A stretch of DNA of 64,000 bases, from the NCBI GenBank assembly GCA_030141605.1, contig JAQGDQ010002374.1, positions 372,001-436,000 on the forward strand, given 5' to 3'. The stretch is from Tubiluchus corallicola. Lineage: Eukaryota; Animalia; Priapulida. The notes beneath the pieces were generated by a model. It was not told where the DNA came from. It saw only the letters and a list, made by a program, of their open reading frames with translations, and did no database searches. Below, piece by piece: positions 55,901-61,900 of the stretch (within the stretch, counting starts at the first letter, position 1; every line of letters starts with the position of its first letter). The position numbers and the translations under genes were made by a program.

Positions 55901-58900
55901 TAGTTTGTGAAGTGGATTAGGATCAGGGTTAGGAGTAGGGATAGGATTGGGTTAGGGTTAGGGATAGGATTGGATTAAGGTTAGTGTTAGGGTTAGGGTA
56001 TTTAAATTATGTGGGCAATTGTAAACTCCTCTTGACACACTGAAATTCAAAACAGACAACTAATGCTTTTCCATCAATTTATAGATGTAAAAGCCTCTGT
56101 ACTGTAATAACGATATATTGTAGCAAAAGAAAAGAGTAAACTTTAAGCAGACGGACATTTCATGCAAAATCTCGTACTTTTTGAACAAAATGTTAAATCA
56201 CAGCTAATCTTCATACTCGCCTGTCGAAATTCATTGAGATTATGTCGTGCATCAAGAAAGTTGTTTACATCATCTTCTGCTTCCTCAGTAAGTAAGTGTT
56301 GGAATTTCTCATATTCCTTTATATATCTAAAATATCATTTACATGTGAAATTTAGAAAACTTTCATACTAAAAAATGTTAACTAGGTGAAAAATAATTTG
56401 AAAAAGTTGCTATCAGTCCCTTGTATAGGTAATACATTTGTGATAAACTATAAAGGGAACACATAATAAAATATTGCTATATTGAATTACCTATATGATA
56501 TATATGTGGAATATAGGTGTGAGACAGCTATAAAAACTTCCAAGAAAGCCACTGAAGCATTCTCTGCTCTATATTTTCAATGTGATAAAGCCTGGCATTC
56601 AAATAATTGCAAGATATGTAAACTTCTTTTATGCATGTTAACATAGCGATAAGAGTCTGGTTTCTTTTTTTGTTCGACAAAGTTGTTATTCAGTTTTATC
56701 ATGTATGGGAAATAATGTGAAATACATATGCCAACAATACAATACAGATTTTGCATCGGAATATATCTAAGCCAAAACTTGTACAATTACACATATTTAA
56801 AAAGGAATGCATACTTACTGAGGACCAAATTTCTAAACTATCTCTTGCCTGTAGATATTTTAAGTACTATAGAAGCAAGAGACTTCTCTTTTTGCAACTG
56901 AATTGAATAAAATCTTAACATTTATCATGAAGGATTAACTACATACAAATAATTTTATGGTGTTTTTAATTATAATTGTTAAAGTTAATGATAATCATTT
57001 CTGTCTTTTCATTGCTTTGTTTCTTAAATTTCCATTGTATTATTCTGTGTGTAATGTATATGTTTCACCATATTTCTCACCATCAATACAATTATTGTAA
57101 GTATCATTAAAATATGTAACTTTTTATATTACCAATGTACTATGTGTCTGTGTTGTGTTAATGTACAATAATAACAATAATAATACATTAAGATACTCAA
57201 CACATTTATTCGTAATGATCTGATTTTCGTTATTTGTATGGAGTTATTAAGGTTAAGAACATAAAGATGACAGCCAGTACCCACTTCAGCAAAGACGTGG
57301 CTTTTATTCAGACACAACATCAGCAACGATGTACTAAAATTATTGCAAACTGGTCCTAGTAGCTGTTTGTTTACAGTATTATTTACAGGTTACTTTGAGT
57401 AACCTAACTTTATATTTTTCTGCATTGTGGTGTTATATCACACGATATACAAGTAAGCAATATAGAATTTGTCTTGTTTTTTGCTCGTCAAAATATTGAT
57501 TTTTGTAATTTTATACTGTATTCTTATTTAGGTGGATTGTTGCATGAATATGACCTTAACTATGTCGAAACATTGCAGATACTGTGTCTGAATAAAAGCC
57601 ATGTGACATGTTTATTAGCATACAGCTGATGCAATGACACGTGTGTTAATACTACAAATGACACATCCTGTTTTTTATTTTCTCATCAAGGAAAATGGAG
57701 AAAGTAGCCCTGCCATTATGAGATACTACTGCTGTACAATATAAAGGGACCATATATCAATATTCAGCAGTTCACTGGCTCCTCTTCACCTTTTGCAAGA
57801 TGAGCACAACCTAAGTGTGCAAGAGCAGATCATTTTCTTCTGACATCATTATGTGGTCATTCCTCGTTCTGCATAGAGGTGTCCCCCTTCCTATTTATTA
57901 CATTTCCTTGTAGCAGCTACATACTTTCTCTTGATTCCATAATTTCTCTAAATGCTCTTACTAATCGTTGAAGGTTCTCTATTTCTGTTGTTTTAATAGT
58001 CTCTATCCTTACATTATACTTATTTATTATTCTTTCCAATTTTTCACAACTTCTGTTGCTTCATGTTTTGTTGTACCAGCCTGAATCTTGCACTTAGGAC
58101 ATAATAAATCTTTCATTTTATTTCTTTTGCAATTGAATTTCAATTCCTTCATATTTAACTTAATTTCCATTATATTTACAATATCTACAAGACCACATTT
58201 TTTGATATATTGTTATTTCTCATATATTTCACCATCAAAAAACCTTAATTTTGTCTGTACTTTATCTTTGTGTTCTTTTAATATTTCTTGGTTTATAGCT
58301 TTTTCATTTCTCTTTTCCACGTTGATTTTTTTAATTTCTCCATTTTTTATATGCTCGATACTATCTTTCATTCCATATTTAATAGTGAGCTCACTTATTT
58401 CTGAATACCAATAATACATATTTATATACTCTTTTTCTTGCTCACTTACTACGTGTTTTGCTAATCTGTTTACATCTGAACATCTGAGTTCATCAATGAA
58501 TAATAAAATATGGCCTTTTTATGGTCAATCCGTTTTTGCATAGGACATGAACCTGTTTCTGCTAACATGCCCCATTACGGAGTGCTAATTTTTTGATTCA
58601 CAGTTCTTCTCAACATCTCTTTTTCTATTTTTTCCAAACTCTTCCATTCATCGTTTTAATATTCGTCCATGTTTCACAATTGTTCAACACTGATGGGATA
58701 AGTAATCTTATATCCATTGCTGTATTACCTCATTGCCAATTCTCCAGTATTTCTCATCATATATTTTGCCTTTTCTATTCTTTTTTCGAGTAATAATTCA
58801 TAGTTACATTTTGCATTTAACCAGTCACCTGACTTTTTATACTGCTCTGTCCTCTGAATTATTCCATAATTTACCTCCTATTTCTTCATTATTTTTTCCT

Positions 58901-61900
58901 AGTGAATTTAGTTTTCTTCAAGCTGAAAGTTAGCTTCTTGATGTTTTTCAATACTTCAGAATCTACTATTTCTTTCCTTAATGTTTGTTTAGACCCTACA
59001 GCTATCACATCATCTATGAATAACATGGCCCCAATAGTCAAATTAGGGCTTATACATGTACTTAGCAGGAAATTTTTATTATTTATTATATCATTAAGTG
59101 TAATCGAACACAATTTTGATTGAACTGGAGTGCCTTGCCTCACTGATTCCAATATTTTGACGTCTTCTGTTATTCCTATCGGGGTTTCAGTTATTACATT
59201 TGCTCATATCATATCATTCGCCAATAATGAGTGCATAAAAATAAATCATTATTCAGCATCCTATTATAATCAATTATTGCCCTTAATGTGAGCAAATTTT
59301 CTGATGTGCTTTTACGTTTTTTCCTCCATTTTGTAATATACACACTTGATTTTGAAAAATTCCAAAATTCCTATTTATTATAATTTGCAATCACACGTGT
59401 AAAAAATCCCTCTTCTCTTTTCCATATCTTTTTTTAACCCTCCTGCTTTATACATTGATTTTATTTTCATTTTTTCCAATCCTCTGGTATTCCTTTAGTC
59501 ACTTGTATTCTTCTAAACATGCACGTAAGGCTTCTAATTAGTCCCTCACCCGTCATTATCAACATTTTATTTTTCCAGCCTCCTTGATCTGTCAGTTTTT
59601 TCATTCTTTAATTTTTTATTTCCTTTTTAATTTCTTGTTCTTTTAATAATTGTGTTTCAAGTTCCTTACCTACTATTTGTAATTGGCGTATAACTGTATT
59701 AACCCTTGCTTCAATTTCTTTCTCCATTTCAGATTCTGCACCTAATCATCTTTATGATACTTTGTAAATATACCTTTTGGTAATTGGACTGTTTCACCTT
59801 GATCATTATTCATTGTCACTATATTCTCTTTTATACTTTTATCCACTCTTTTTTATAAATTCTCAGAATGCATTTGCACCAATGCCCATTCCACTTCTTA
59901 TTTTATGGAAATTTTCTTCAATATGTATTCTGTATTCTTCTTGTTTTTTATTATATATTATTTCATCGATTAATTATTCTCTTACTATCAGAACTTTACT
60001 TAAATGATCACTTACCTTCCTCTCTTTTCTTATCATCGCCTTTCCTTTTTAATAATTTATTAATTTCTCTAGTTTCATTTTTCTTCTTTTTACTTTCCTT
60101 GATTGAAAACATTTCTTCATCATTTTCGTAATTTTTGCTTGCTAATTTTTATATTTACACCGTAAGTCTTCATTCCTCTTCCATACTTTCACTAACTATG
60201 TTTATGCAATGTAAATGTAAATAGTAAAATTTGATTAAAGAAAAAAATCATAGCTTCTATAGCAGAACAAAATAAGTAGATTTTTCAGCATGTAATAGTT
60301 GCTTTTTACATCAAAGGAAAGTTAGTAGTTCAGTTTTACAAGAAGGGAAGCATATTTCTGCAGTGAACTAGGACTACTGCCAAAAATGACATGTAAAACC
60401 AAACAAAAATATTAAGTTACACGAGCAATTCTGATCATCTGTATTTAGAGAGCATATGAAGAAATTCTTTGCATTGTTTCAGCTAAAAATCATCTTTGTA
60501 ACAAACAAAGCTGAACAACTGCTACTTTAAGCATCAAACAAACCAAGAAACAGCTTGCCAAATAAAAGCATGAGTTCGCTTAACACCTGTAACAATAGGT
60601 GAGTTATTGAACTGCTAGTAACAAAGGGTGAGCATTCTCTACCAGAAGGTGAATCGAATCAAACTTGTGACATTCGAATTCGAATCGAACTTGAATTGAG
60701 TTTCAAAGATTTACGATCAAGTTTTCGAACAACAAGTAAAAAGCGGTCTTGCAAAGATCATGCGTATTGCTTGATTTATCTGCAGTAAAAACACAAACAA
60801 TTTGTTTAAAAAATATGCACAGAAATTGCAGCTAAATTGTACTAATTACATGATGTTTCAAGCCTTTTAATGATAAATGTCGTATGTGGTTGAAGCACTG
60901 AATTATTAGAATCTACAATTTTAGGTTCGAAATGAATTCAAACGGACAAAAAACTCGTTCGAATCGAATTTGAAAGTTGGAATTCGATTCGAACATTTGA
61001 ACTCGAACCTACTAGCCACGAACATACTTTTTTGGTCCATGACGATTTCTGTCAAAAACTTCCAGTGCATGATCCATTAAATTTTGCACAGCAAGCTCGT
61101 TAATTGTCACTGGCTTTAAGCACAAGGTATCATCATCCTTCACTTCGGGAAATAATTGTCGCTCTACCTAGAAATGCCTCTAATTATTGACCAAATCCAA
61201 ATGCACCATCAGAACTTAGTTAAAGTTGTAATTATATCATGTACCTTCTATAAGAACCGAGGAATAGTTACTATAAATATACATTAAATGTGATTGTCAA
61301 CAAACACTTTTAAGCAAATAACACTTTTAAGGAGAAATAAAAGTTTGGTGAATACTTTATGGTAAAAGAAGAATCTCACTGCTATTAACAGTCTAACTCT
61401 TACTCTTGGCAGGTGTTCGCCGCTTTTTATAATAGTCAGAAAGCAACTTCTGATGTACTCTTGACAAACATCTAGTGAAGGGATGAAGCAGATGTCACTC
61501 TCTTTGATCTCCAAATCTACTTCTAGTGGTGAACGCTCTAAGAATGCATACTCATCAAACTCTGTCCCAAAATCATTCCCACCCTGCATTGAAATATGGA
61601 GTGGAACATTATGTCAGGATAAGAAATATATATAAATATGTAACTTTAGTAGGCTTTGTAAATATCACAGTTTCCCAGGCAAACTTATTCAGTATGTCAC
61701 GTAAGAAAATACAGCATGCAATTAAAAAAGTAAAAGATGATAGGGAAAAAACGAAACAAAATATAGTGAGCATAAATTGTTCAGTATTTACAACTAACTA
61801 TATTCACCAACATTAACATTATGCATGCTCATACTGTGCATTAGGAACTCAAAGAATGTTAATATAATAAAAAAATTTAAATGAGTTTGATGGAATTTCT

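Noticed and set aside
55700-56000. True telomere or chromosome fusion site
   Set aside because: The TTAGGG tracts are short, degenerate and enclosed by TIRs in a dispersed element, and the gene continues on both sides
56819-56848. Candidate micro-exon with a strong GTAAGT donor
   Set aside because: Exons 3 and 4 join in phase without it; inclusion causes a frameshift (14 nt) or a stop (30 nt)
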